A stretch of DNA of 64,000 bases, taken from positions 76,911 to 140,910 of the forward strand of contig JAUNBL010000001.1 in NCBI GenBank assembly GCA_030527235.1, in the 5' to 3' direction. The notes under the pieces are model-generated. The model searched no databases. It saw only the letters and a program-made list of their open reading frames with translations, and was not told where the DNA came from. Made by a program: the position numbers and the translations under genes. Shown piece after piece: positions 21,601 to 28,664 of this stretch. Positions within the stretch are counted from its first letter, which is position 1. The number at the start of each line of letters is the position of its first letter. This stretch comes from Clostridia bacterium. GTDB taxonomy: Bacteria > Bacillota > Clostridia > UMGS1883.

Positions 21601-24284
21601 GACACGGCGGTTGCTTCATCTTCGTGCAATTCATAGGTATCTCCGTGTTTTTCAAAGGATACGCATTTTATATCGGATATTTCCTCCTCAAAATGATAAC
21701 TGCCGTTTCTGTCATAAACGCTCACTGCCGCACCGCTGACTTTTTTCATTGCATTTGCAATAACATATCTGTCGTATTCATCACGGAGCATATCATAAAC
21801 TTCAAATTCATTGGCATCAAGCAGCATTGAAGCACCGTTATTCGCAAATATATCTTTCTCATATTTGTCAATGGTGTTTACAAAATAAACAATGCGTTTC
21901 GGCAAAGTAGCCGCCTTTTCTTTATCAGACATATCCTTAACACTTTCAACAAACGCTATTTGTTCACTGCGTATACGCTGTTGTTCCCGTTCTTTCAAAA
22001 TGTCGGGAATATTTTTCTCTTTATCCTCTGCGGTGAAATATTTATCCTCGTCAATAAGACGGGTGATACGCTTTTCAAGGTCATTCCATTTGACAAGTGT
22101 TTTCCCGTAAGGCTTTGAATAATCGCCAAGACTGAATTCAATACCTTTTCTGCTGTTTTGAAAGTGAATATAATTATGAGAACCACCATAGGTAGTACCG
22201 TGCAGCTTTTTCAAGTAGTCAACCCGTTCCTTGCGGTCGGTATGCTCTCTGAAAAACTCCGCCGTATCATACTTTCTGTAAATACCCTCGTCAATAAAGT
22301 ATTTATCGATAAAGTCCTCTGTGATAAATCTGTCAGCAGCCGTATCGGTAAGCCTTTGCGAAGTATATGTTTTACGCTCAAGCTGTAAATCGGAAAGCTG
22401 TTTATACACACGCTCCGGTCGATACATACGAAAACGCATTATATCCTCATTTTTGTTTCGCTCGACAAGAGCCGCCGTTATTTCCGTAAGCTCCGATAAT
22501 TGCTCCGGATTATTAAGCATTTCCGTGATACGCTTTGTGCTGTCGGGAAAACCGCCCTTAAACCATTCCTCATTGAACATATCTTTTAGGTCGGGAAATT
22601 CGTCATAATCAAGGTCTTTCTCCATATACCAAAATGCGTCTGCTGCCTTTTTCAGTTCATAACTCCGCATTTGTAAAAGCACACTTGACGGTGCATATCT
22701 ACCCAAATCCAAAAGCTCGTCAATGCGTTTTGCCGCATCCTCCCAAGAAATGAGCTGAGCAGTGTTTATATTTGCCGTATTACCGTATGAAATACGAATA
22801 CCTTGCTCACTCCACCAAGCAGACACATTCCGTCCGTCAACAACAAAGCCTTTACCGGAAGTACCGTAAAGGCTTTTAAGAAATTCTGATTTATCCGCAA
22901 GAGATTTATTCTTTGAAAATTCTATGCAAATATCTAAACGGCTTTGAGGGTTTAATGAGCCATCGCATAAAACTTCGTCAATAATCTGCCCCGGCATAGA
23001 AAAAGCAGCACCGAAAATTTCGTGTGCTGCTCTCTGTACGGCTTCTCTCTGTTGTTCTTCTGTCGGAATGAGGTCGAACAGACTTAACTGTAAACCACCT
23101 CCGGCAGTACGATTTCTTCCGCTGAATGGAGTAGGTTGTTCATCAGTCCCGTCCACATCATCGGGTCTTTTGCTTTCAGTTCCTCGTTCACGCCCTCTGT
23201 CTGTGCCAATTCCCGGACTATCATCTGTATCTGTTCTGTCGCTGTCCTCTGTACTTCCAACAGATGCTCCGTTATTTTGCCTGTTATCATCAAGCTCGTG
23301 TATAGGCTCGGTCTGTGATTTTTGAGGAATTTCCTCCGCATCTGTCCGTATTTGCCTATCTGTGCTTCGGTCTGCGGTGCTGTCAAGTTCGGTATCAGAT
23401 ACCCGTTTACTTCCGTGTATGTTATCTCTGTCATAATTATCCGTCCTTTCATTATTTATTGTTGGTGCGTCTTTTTCTTTGACTTCATTATACACCGCAT
23501 TTTCCTTTTCCGCAAAATTTTTTCGGGCATTTATTTCTTCACGGACCTCCGCACGGATGGTTTCGGAGATATTCCGCAGCGTTTCCTCCGATATGCTTGA
23601 TACCGCATTACCCAAAACCGAAAGTGCCGGAATTGTGTTGAAGTTCATAATATGCGGAAAGTCCTCACGCTCAAACACTTCATCAGCGTTGATTCCGAGC
23701 CTTCGCAATACCGTATATGCAATACTTGTTTCCGCCGTCTGCTGAAATTCAACATCAATATTTAATTCGTCCAAGCCGTCCAAAAAGCTGTTTTCTTTTG
23801 CGTATTTGAGTTCCGAAAGGTAGTCGGCTTTGCTGTCCTCTACCGCATTTTGTGCTGCACTGATAACGGCATCCGTAATACTGCTTTTGGATTTCAGTTC
23901 ACCGAAAGAATTTTCAAGAGTTTCGATAATAGCTTCGTCAAACCGACTGTTGTATTGCCATAACCGCACTCTTGTATTGTCAAGGCTGTGCGTGTCGGAA
24001 ATATCGAAAACATAGTCAAGATATTGTCCTCTGTCGCCCTCACGGAGCAGGGCAATACCTTTAGCGCCACGGTTTATCCAAGACTTTAACCGTTTATTCC
24101 AAATATCAATGCTTGCACACGCCGTTGCGTCCGGGCGTTGAGCATAAATAAATAGCTGGTCTTGAAAGGAATATTTATATTGCCACGCCGCACTTTTCAA
24201 AAAAGCCGTCCAATTCTCATAATCGGCAAGGCATTTGCCGATTTCGTTCGACAATGCAGATATATTTTGCAGCTTGCTTGCCAT
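15657..24284 (-). CDS. Giant polyvalent protein (2,875 aa): ArdC-like N-domain, two MutS-I-like domains, adenine methyltransferase, SNF2-like helicase (DarB-like)
   Basis: YKYSFQDQLFIYAQRPDATACA (ArdC-N-like); LGDFYEVYGDDA (MutS-I-like); ILEPSCGIGNF and IGNVPF (MTase motifs I and IV); HVVGAGKT, VDEAH, ATGTP, QRAGRIIRQGN (helicase motifs). Confidence 0.92.
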   Translation of the reverse strand: MASKLQNISALSNEIGKCLADYENWTAFLKSAAWQYKYSFQDQLFIYAQRPDATACASIDIWNKRLKSWINRGAKGIALLREGDRGQYLDYVFDISDTHSLDNTRVRLWQYNSRFDEAIIETLENSFGELKSKSSITDAVISAAQNAVEDSKADYLSELKYAKENSFLDGLDELNIDVEFQQTAETSIAYTVLRRLGINADEVFEREDFPHIMNFNTIPALSVLGNAVSSISEETLRNISETIRAEVREEINARKNFAEKENAVYNEVKEKDAPTINNERTDNYDRDNIHGSKRVSDTELDSTADRSTDRQIRTDAEEIPQKSQTEPIHELDDNRQNNGASVGSTEDSDRTDTDDSPGIGTDRGRERGTESKRPDDVDGTDEQPTPFSGRNRTAGGGLQLSLFDLIPTEEQQREAVQRAAHEIFGAAFSMPGQIIDEVLCDGSLNPQSRLDICIEFSKNKSLADKSEFLKSLYGTSGKGFVVDGRNVSAWWSEQGIRISYGNTANINTAQLISWEDAAKRIDELLDLGRYAPSSVLLQMRSYELKKAADAFWYMEKDLDYDEFPDLKDMFNEEWFKGGFPDSTKRITEMLNNPEQLSELTEITAALVERNKNEDIMRFRMYRPERVYKQLSDLQLERKTYTSQRLTDTAADRFITEDFIDKYFIDEGIYRKYDTAEFFREHTDRKERVDYLKKLHGTTYGGSHNYIHFQNSRKGIEFSLGDYSKPYGKTLVKWNDLEKRITRLIDEDKYFTAEDKEKNIPDILKEREQQRIRSEQIAFVESVKDMSDKEKAATLPKRIVYFVNTIDKYEKDIFANNGASMLLDANEFEVYDMLRDEYDRYVIANAMKKVSGAAVSVYDRNGSYHFEEEISDIKCVSFEKHGDTYELHEDEATAVSEILGLSVSDGAISFPAYDLEEYAEILSDNGYIYAIHDADEENTVDKFLKSVSDDNKAFFEGNTLKAEIGREIYSGDEIYRHILNDILSFDENGGLSTGLAYDAETVENLKKYAARYGVEITSVNENIQTRISKMSDDEKESHIGYVEINLDYSRNDLLTDDDMALYRALIEERFEKENQPQQPFSEYLAELHKDDNGSKTVALIPLGDFYEVYGDDAQKAADVLDITVISKEIDGTRYPMCGFPKHITDEYVNKLLYAGYDVVIADEDRNYKRLLSADKVVPAQAQQTETSQIDNVTETAENLIGTELTIDDRKFVVDSVNTDFNKVSLKDITFQNSTGFPIFRSESIDFVKSIIAEQAKPQLTAEFQKAKPQRVQNTVVYPEIPLSDRRNFQITNDELGYGTPKEKFKRNVEAVNLLHNLEFEHRLATPEEQEILSQYVGWGGLADAFDESKENWSEEFKELYATLSPDEYEQARASTLTAHFTPPVVIKAMYKALSNMGFTQGNILEPSCGIGNFMGLMPESMSGSKMYGVEIDSITGRIAGQLYQKNSVAIQGYENSELPDSFFDVAIGNVPFGDFKLLDRKYNKHNFLIHDYFFAKTLDKVRPGGVIAFITSSGTMDKRNSKVRRYIAQRADLIGAIRLPNNTFKKNAGTEVTADILFLQKRERMTDIMPEWVNVGQHETGQPINQYFLDNPDMVMGELKEVSGPFGPALTCEPNEDISLAEQLDGAIQNIHASITEYEFDDVSNDEEITIPADPNVRNFSFTVVDGEVYFRENSLMRKIELNATAENRVKGMIELRDCVRTLIEYQTENYSDNEIKAQQAKLNTLYDDYTKKYGLINSRGNALAFSEDSSYFLLCSLEILDENGNLERKADMFTKRTIRAKHEVTKVDTADEALAVSLAEKAKIDIPFMETLSGKTEQELYADLKGVIFLNPEHETFSESEPKYLTSDEYLSGNVRAKLSQAEQFSKDSSEYRVNAEYLEKVQPKDLTPGEISVKLGTTWIPEKYIEEFVFELLSPNYYAQSKIEVKYSNLTGEWNIQGKSADKGVKATNTYGTSRISAYKIIEDSLNLRDVRIFDYIYDENGNKVAKLNIKETTIAQQKQASIKQAFEDWIWKDPDRRDDLCKIYNVRFNSIRPREYDGSHITFNGINPEIALRKHQKDAVARIMYGGNSLLGHVVGAGKTWTMVAAAMESRRLGLCNKSLFVVPNHLTEQWASEFLQLYPAANILVATKKDFEMKNRKKFCGRIATGDYDAVIIGHSQFEKIPMSAERQKAILQNQLDEILNGIAEAKAENAERYTVKQMEKTKRGLEAKIKKLNDQERKDDVVTFEEIGVDRVFVDEAHFYKNLFLYTKMRNVGGIAQTEAQKSSDLFMKTQYLDELTGGKGVIFATGTPVSNSMVELYTMQRYLQYKSLQDRGLQHFDSWASTFGETVSAMELAPEGSGYRMKTRFAKFFNLPELIAMFKEVADIQTADMLNLPVPEVEYHNEVAEPTQFQKDMVADLGERAEEVRKRTVDPSVDNMLKITNDGRKLALDQRMINPMLPDDETSKVSVCANRVYDIWKDTADRKATQLLFCDLSTPKSDGTFSVYNSIREKLLQKGIPENEVAFIHDANTEVKKDELFKKVRSGDVRVLLGSTSKMGAGTNVQKLLYASHDLDCPWRPADLEQRAGRIIRQGNTNEKVHIYRYVTKGTFDTYMWQTVEQKQKFISQIFTSKSPVRVADDIDPTALSFAEIKALSTGNPHIKEKMELDMEVSKLKLIKSSFMSQIYDLEDKVVKFYPKQIAEIAARIKGLEKDIETVNQYPKAEDKFNTMTIDGFGYFEKEKAGNALIERCKKMTSEEPVNIGDYRGFSMELSFDSFQKLFYVTLVGSLSHKVELGTDVFGNIQRIDNALDGFEKRLEISKEELANTNTQYETAKVEAKRAFPQEAELQEKTKRLAAVEALLKMDKKDDNVIDTDVSDAQAPQQKREYAMAR
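23084..23434 (-). CDS. tnpV: TnpV-family protein, 116 aa, nested in the +1 frame of the giant helicase-methylase gene
   Basis: ITYTEVNGYLIPNL...IGKYGQMRRKFLK.HRP..Y...EGVNEELKAKDPMMWTGLMNN...AEEIV matches the TnpV pattern over its full length; AAAGGA RBS upstream of ATG 23434. Confidence 0.8.
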   Translation of the reverse strand: MTEITYTEVNGYLIPNLTAPQTEAQIGKYGQMRRKFLKNHRPSLYTSLMITGKITEHLLEVQRTATEQIQMIVRELAQTEGVNEELKAKDPMMWTGLMNNLLHSAEEIVLPEVVYS

Positions 24285-24318
24285 TTGATTTCACCTCCAA
24301 TAATTTATTTTGCAAATA

Positions 24319-24471
24319 TTATTTATCCTCTTTTTCGATAGGCACATATTTTGTGCAAGTTTGTCCGTTATGAAATTCCATATACGGACACATAGGTTCG
24401 TGTGGGTCAAGTTTCAATGCGTCCGCACCTGTCTTGCAGTTCGGGCATAATTGTTTTTTATCATCATTCAT
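24319..24471 (-). CDS. Small Cys-rich protein, 50 aa (MNDDKKQLCPNCKTG...CPY...CTKY)
   Basis: AAGGAG RBS, four Cys, fills the gap upstream of the helicase gene; below ORF-track cutoff. Confidence 0.65.
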   Translation of the reverse strand: MNDDKKQLCPNCKTGADALKLDPHEPMCPYMEFHNGQTCTKYVPIEKEDK

Positions 24472-24501
24472 TTTTTATCGCTCCTTTGTTTTTTTGCATA
24501 G

Positions 24502-24537
24502 AAAAAGAGCATTGAAATTTGCGCTTTCAATGCTCTT
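24502..24537 (-). terminator. Intrinsic terminator
   Basis: Perfect 13-bp stem AAGAGCATTGAAA/TTTCAATGCTCTT, then T-run on minus strand. Confidence 0.75.
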
Positions 24538-24557
24538 ATCGTGTTTGCTATTAAATT

Positions 24558-24932
24558 TTATCTGCACATCTGCATCGGCTCACGAAGCCGCTTTGCCATT
24601 TCAATGCCCTCGGCTGCTGTTGTGATTTCGCCGTTTTCTATCATTTCGAGCAGCTCCGCACGGTGTTTTGCATTTAAGCAATACACGCTCCGGCACAGCC
24701 TTTGAACAGTTCCGAGAGTATCACGCTCGGTATTGATAAGCGTTTTCACGATTTCGCCGACTTCATCATTTGCGTTAAGCTGAATTTGAAGTGTACGGCG
24801 GTTATCGAGGTATATCATACTCGGCACTATCAGTATGCCGATGTTCTGCAAGCTGTCACGGAGTTCGGTTTCTCTGCAAGTCATATCTACAAGTAAGTTG
24901 TTTGTTATAAAGTTTATTTTAGCTGTCATCAT
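24558..24932 (-). CDS. Hypothetical protein (~124 aa) with own promoter and terminator
   Basis: AAGGAG RBS; ORF flanked by a promoter and a terminator. Confidence 0.7.
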   Translation of the reverse strand: MMTAKINFITNNLLVDMTCRETELRDSLQNIGILIVPSMIYLDNRRTLQIQLNANDEVGEIVKTLINTERDTLGTVQRLCRSVYCLNAKHRAELLEMIENGEITTAAEGIEMAKRLREPMQMCR

Positions 24933-24961
24933 AAAAATCACGCTCCTTTTTCTGTACTTTT

Positions 24962-24990
24962 ATTATACAATAATTTCGGTTATCTTTCAA
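24962..24990 (-). promoter_or_regulatory. Sigma-A promoter
   Basis: TTGAAA-17 nt-TATAAT. Confidence 0.7.
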
Positions 24991-25525
24991 AAATTTCTTG
25001 CTTTTGTTTTTTCGGAAATTCCCAGCCGTACACCTTGCCGATTTCATCACCGAGCCTGTGCGTCAGCCTTGTAATATCAGCTCTTGTTGCCGTTCTGTTA
25101 TACAGTTTTTCTTTGAAATTTTCTATCTGATAATCCGAAACGCCGTTTTTGAAGGTGCGGTACAGATAATGATTTGTTCCGTCGTGATGAATTGCTCTGC
25201 ACCGAAAATCGCCTTTTTTATCAACATACCATTCGTTGTAATCACATTCCGGACATAAGCAATCACGGATATTTCCGCTTTTTATTGTTTTATATCCGGA
25301 AAATCTGCCGTTCCATAAGCCGAGGTCTGCTATAACGATAATTTCTCTCGGAAGCTGTATGTTAAGATTTGCACGCTCATCATAAAAGTTCATTTCATTG
25401 CTTTCGCACATCTTTTCATATAGGAAATCTTCGCTCGCATCGCCATATATTTCGGTTAAGCTGTCCCGCCAATCCTCAAGGTCAAGATTTATATCGGACC
25501 ATACTATATGTTTTTCTTCAGCCAT
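24980..25525 (-). CDS. ICE hypothetical protein (start revised to ATG 25525)
   Basis: In operon, 4 nt after the upstream stop, GGAG RBS; IIVIADLGLWNGR and HHDGTN motifs. Confidence 0.75.
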   Translation of the reverse strand: MAEEKHIVWSDINLDLEDWRDSLTEIYGDASEDFLYEKMCESNEMNFYDERANLNIQLPREIIVIADLGLWNGRFSGYKTIKSGNIRDCLCPECDYNEWYVDKKGDFRCRAIHHDGTNHYLYRTFKNGVSDYQIENFKEKLYNRTATRADITRLTHRLGDEIGKVYGWEFPKKQKQEIFER

Positions 25526-25529
25526 AATA

Positions 25530-26573
25530 TCATCTCTCCGTTTCACGCTCTGTTTTGCTCTTTTCGGGTGCGGCATATTTTTTAAGTGCGTTCATTGTTT
25601 TAAGCGTGCAGCCCTCAAAATCCGCCTTGCTTTCCATAAAGTGTTCCGCCGTTTCTCTGAAATTCTTTGTCCCGACATCACATAATGTGCCTTTGGAAAT
25701 TCCCTCAATGTGAGAGAAGAAGTCCTGCGGTTTCTTATATAGCTTTGCAGCTTCCAAAATATCATCTTTGGATATTGTAAGCTCAACAAACTGACCTCCG
25801 GCATTTGCATCGGGGTTATAATAAATCTCCGTAACACCGTTTGTGGTTTTGTAAAACTTGTCCTCGTCGATAGCGTCGTAGTGTTTCTCAACAAATTTCA
25901 AATCCTTGTAGGTCTGCAATGCCTGTTTATCATAACAATAGATGTATGCGTTATATGTATTTTTGCGTGGATCACACCGTATATAAAATACATTTTTATC
26001 TGTTGTTACCTTGTAGCCGCAGACATCTTTGTCGCTTGCAAGCCTTTCAGCTTTTAAGTCGTATGCTGCATTGTGCATTGCAACCCTGCTTTTGAGAATA
26101 GGCGTGTCTGCTTGGAATCTGAGGTAGTTTACAACATTATCACATTCAAGAGCAAAATCGGGAGTATGATATTTTTCATAATTCTCTTTGTTTTCAAGTA
26201 GGGAATCAGTCTGCAAACGCTCGTCAACGGAATTATCAAAATAACAGCGGATATAGCAGACGCAGCCACGATTTAATTCTTCATTTTTGCTCGGTGCAAA
26301 GGTGTATTCAAATTCCGACTGCTCAATTTTTTCAAGCGTATATCCCGGTGTGTCTTTCGGGCGGTATGTACTTTTGCCACGCTCCATAAGCTCGGCAAAT
26401 TCACAGATGTGAAAAACATTATATCCGATTTTTGTATGATAATCGTCAATATATGTGCATTTCCTGTCTGACATAGAGCCGTCCGAAAATTTAACCGTAA
26501 TGCTTTCGCCGTCTTTTATTCGGAAAAGCTCGTTATAACGGCTGTCTATGAAGCGTATTTCTTTCTGTTCCAT
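25530..26573 (-). CDS. ICE multidomain hypothetical protein, 347 aa
   Basis: Long ORF, TGATG coupling with upstream gene; IRFIDSRYNELFRI...HICEFAE N-domain. Confidence 0.8.
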   Translation of the reverse strand: MEQKEIRFIDSRYNELFRIKDGESITVKFSDGSMSDRKCTYIDDYHTKIGYNVFHICEFAELMERGKSTYRPKDTPGYTLEKIEQSEFEYTFAPSKNEELNRGCVCYIRCYFDNSVDERLQTDSLLENKENYEKYHTPDFALECDNVVNYLRFQADTPILKSRVAMHNAAYDLKAERLASDKDVCGYKVTTDKNVFYIRCDPRKNTYNAYIYCYDKQALQTYKDLKFVEKHYDAIDEDKFYKTTNGVTEIYYNPDANAGGQFVELTISKDDILEAAKLYKKPQDFFSHIEGISKGTLCDVGTKNFRETAEHFMESKADFEGCTLKTMNALKKYAAPEKSKTERETER

Positions 26574-27160
26574 CAGCGTTCAACCTCCTTGTGCGATTTT
26601 TTCTTAACCTTTTCGACTTCAAGCCTTTTATTAAGCCATTCGGGGTAATGCTCCGGTTTCAATATTCCGAGAACATCATATCTTTCAAAGCGAGTGCTTT
26701 TGTTCGTAAAACAGTTTTTACAAAATACTGCGTGTCCTCTTGCTTCATACCTTGCACCGTTGCCACCCGTACACCGCATAATCTGATGTGCCTGCGTCTG
26801 ACATTCGGGGCGAAGCACCTCTGCCTTAATAACAATTATTTTGCCTTCATAATTTTGGCTTGATGAAGTATCGCACATATCGGCTGTGATAAAGCCTTTT
26901 GGCATATCTTTTTCAGCAATTTTAACTTTTTCAATCTGCTCATTTAATCTGCACAAAAAACTCTTTGCAAGCTCAATAAAGCTATTGCTTACAACAGAAT
27001 TTGTATATCTTTCAAAAAGGTCATTGCGTTCACAGTCGGTCAGCATATAATAATGACCATCCCGGTCGTTCAGATTCATACCAAGTACAATTTCTTTATC
27101 ACCGATATGTATTGAATTTATGACTTCATATCCGGCAATATATCTTTTTTTATCACTCAT
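26573..27160 (-). CDS. ICE hypothetical protein (start revised to ATG 27160)
   Basis: GAAGGTG RBS; overlaps upstream stop; CTGGNGA motif. Confidence 0.75.
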   Translation of the reverse strand: MSDKKRYIAGYEVINSIHIGDKEIVLGMNLNDRDGHYYMLTDCERNDLFERYTNSVVSNSFIELAKSFLCRLNEQIEKVKIAEKDMPKGFITADMCDTSSSQNYEGKIIVIKAEVLRPECQTQAHQIMRCTGGNGARYEARGHAVFCKNCFTNKSTRFERYDVLGILKPEHYPEWLNKRLEVEKVKKKSHKEVER

Positions 27161-27350
27161 TTCTATGTTCACCTTCCATATCTTTAAGGCGTATCGTACT
27201 GACAATTCTGTATCCGTGCTTATTTGCAAGAGTCTTTAACTCGGCTATGAGATTTCGCCGTTCCTCTCGCCGCACGGCTTTCATTGCTTCATAGGCGGTA
27301 ATGTCAGTACAACCGCTGCCGTTAAGTCTGTCGTTTATCTTTTCGCACAA
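27153..27350 (-). CDS. Small hypothetical protein, 65 aa
   Basis: GAGGTG RBS; tight packing in operon; NGSGCTDITAYEA motif. Confidence 0.6.
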   Translation of the reverse strand: MCEKINDRLNGSGCTDITAYEAMKAVRREERRNLIAELKTLANKHGYRIVSTIRLKDMEGEHRNE

Positions 27351-27360
27351 TCACTTCACC

Positions 27361-27621
27361 TCACCGTTCATTCGTTTTAGGCGGCTTCTTCATAACCTCA
27401 ATAGCCTTGATTTCATCAAGCGCCCGCTTGCAAAAATCTTTTTGTGCCGCAAGCAGATTTGTAAAATAATGTCCCCAAAAATAATCATCTTTGCCTTTGC
27501 ATTGCCAAGTTACAAAGCTATTCGGATTCTTTTCGTGAACGCCAAGCACAAATTCAGCGCTGCCGACCGTTATTTGATTTACAATAATAAAGCCTTGATT
27601 TTTTCGCCATTCCATAATCAA
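27361..27621 (-). CDS. Small ICE hypothetical protein, ~86 aa
   Basis: FVTW...YFWGHY motif; tight operon packing. Confidence 0.7.
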   Translation of the reverse strand: MIMEWRKNQGFIIVNQITVGSAEFVLGVHEKNPNSFVTWQCKGKDDYFWGHYFTNLLAAQKDFCKRALDEIKAIEVMKKPPKTNER

Positions 27622-27738
27622 TCACTCCGTTTCTTTTTTGTCAGCTTGCCCGGCAGAGATAAAGCAACACATAAATACAATGCCAAGAAAGCCGCCGACT
27701 GCAACACCGGATAGGAATATAAGTATAAGTTTTAACAT
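27622..27738 (-). CDS. Small membrane peptide, 38 aa (DUF3789-like)
   Basis: MLKLILIFLSGVAVGGFLGIVFMCCFISAGQADKKETE; fills the gap after parB exactly; GGAG RBS. Confidence 0.7.
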   Translation of the reverse strand: MLKLILIFLSGVAVGGFLGIVFMCCFISAGQADKKETE

Positions 27739-27740
27739 AT

Positions 27741-28664
27741 TCATCGCTCCATTTCATTTTCCCGTTGCCTGCGCCATTTATCAAGCAGCTTCAAGATAAT
27801 TTCCTCCATCTTTGCTTTTGAATAGCTTTTCGGGAAGTATTTTTTTAATTTTTCCTCGCCAAGCGTAATTTTAACCGTTTCGGGTTTCTGTTCCATCATA
27901 ATACTGTCAATTACAGCATTGCTTAAATTTCCCTCCTGATGAAATTTTCGCATTTTTCGTGCCTGTGCGATAGAAGGAGAGGTTTCCTCTTTTTCAATGG
28001 ACTGCATAACCGCCGCTTGCTCCTTTGAGCCGAGATAAGATATTTCAACGGCAGCGTTCATTGCAATTTGGTTATTATCCACCATATCCAAAATAGGATC
28101 TATGAGGTTTGTTAAGCGGATGTATCGCCGTATTTGGTCTTTGCTTTCACCGACTTGCTCGCCCAAAATCTCACTTGATTTTTTTCCGTCAAAATTGTGC
28201 GCAATTTGCTCACAATTTTCTTTTGTCGGTCTGCCCGCTTTTCTTTTCATAGCTTCTAACTTCATTTGATAGGCAAACGCTTTCTCGCTTGGCAAGATGT
28301 GTTCTCGTTGCAAATTACTGTCTACAAGCAAAATTGTAGCAGTATCATCATCAAGGTTTTTTATCACAACAGGAATATCGGTTATCCCGGCAAGCTCACA
28401 CGCTTTCACTCTGCGATGTCCCGAAAGTATTTCATAGCCGCCGTCCTTGTGTGGTCTTGCAATTACGGGTGTGAGTACGCCGCATTGCTTGATACTCTCG
28501 ACAAGTGCGTCCATATCTTCATCAAGTTTCACCTTGAACGGTTGCTCCGTAAACGGTTTTAACTCAGATATGGGAACAGGCTTTATTTCTTCGGTGTTCC
28601 GCTGTTCCTCGCTCTGAAAAATACTATCGTATGATTTCAGACTTATGTTTAGTCCGTTGCTCAT
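27741..28664 (-). CDS. parB: ParB/Spo0J-family partition protein
   Basis: LVESIKQCGVLTPVIAR...YEILSGHRR ParB motif; SNLQRE; central HTH. Confidence 0.92.
   Translation of the reverse strand: MSNGLNISLKSYDSIFQSEEQRNTEEIKPVPISELKPFTEQPFKVKLDEDMDALVESIKQCGVLTPVIARPHKDGGYEILSGHRRVKACELAGITDIPVVIKNLDDDTATILLVDSNLQREHILPSEKAFAYQMKLEAMKRKAGRPTKENCEQIAHNFDGKKSSEILGEQVGESKDQIRRYIRLTNLIDPILDMVDNNQIAMNAAVEISYLGSKEQAAVMQSIEKEETSPSIAQARKMRKFHQEGNLSNAVIDSIMMEQKPETVKITLGEEKLKKYFPKSYSKAKMEEIILKLLDKWRRQRENEMER

Noticed and set aside
15642-22608. Alternative-frame and antisense ORFs inside the helicase-methylase gene (e.g. 15642-16445, 15647-15982, 16520-16954)
   Set aside because: Unlike the tnpV ORF, they show no family resemblance and I saw no convincing RBS.
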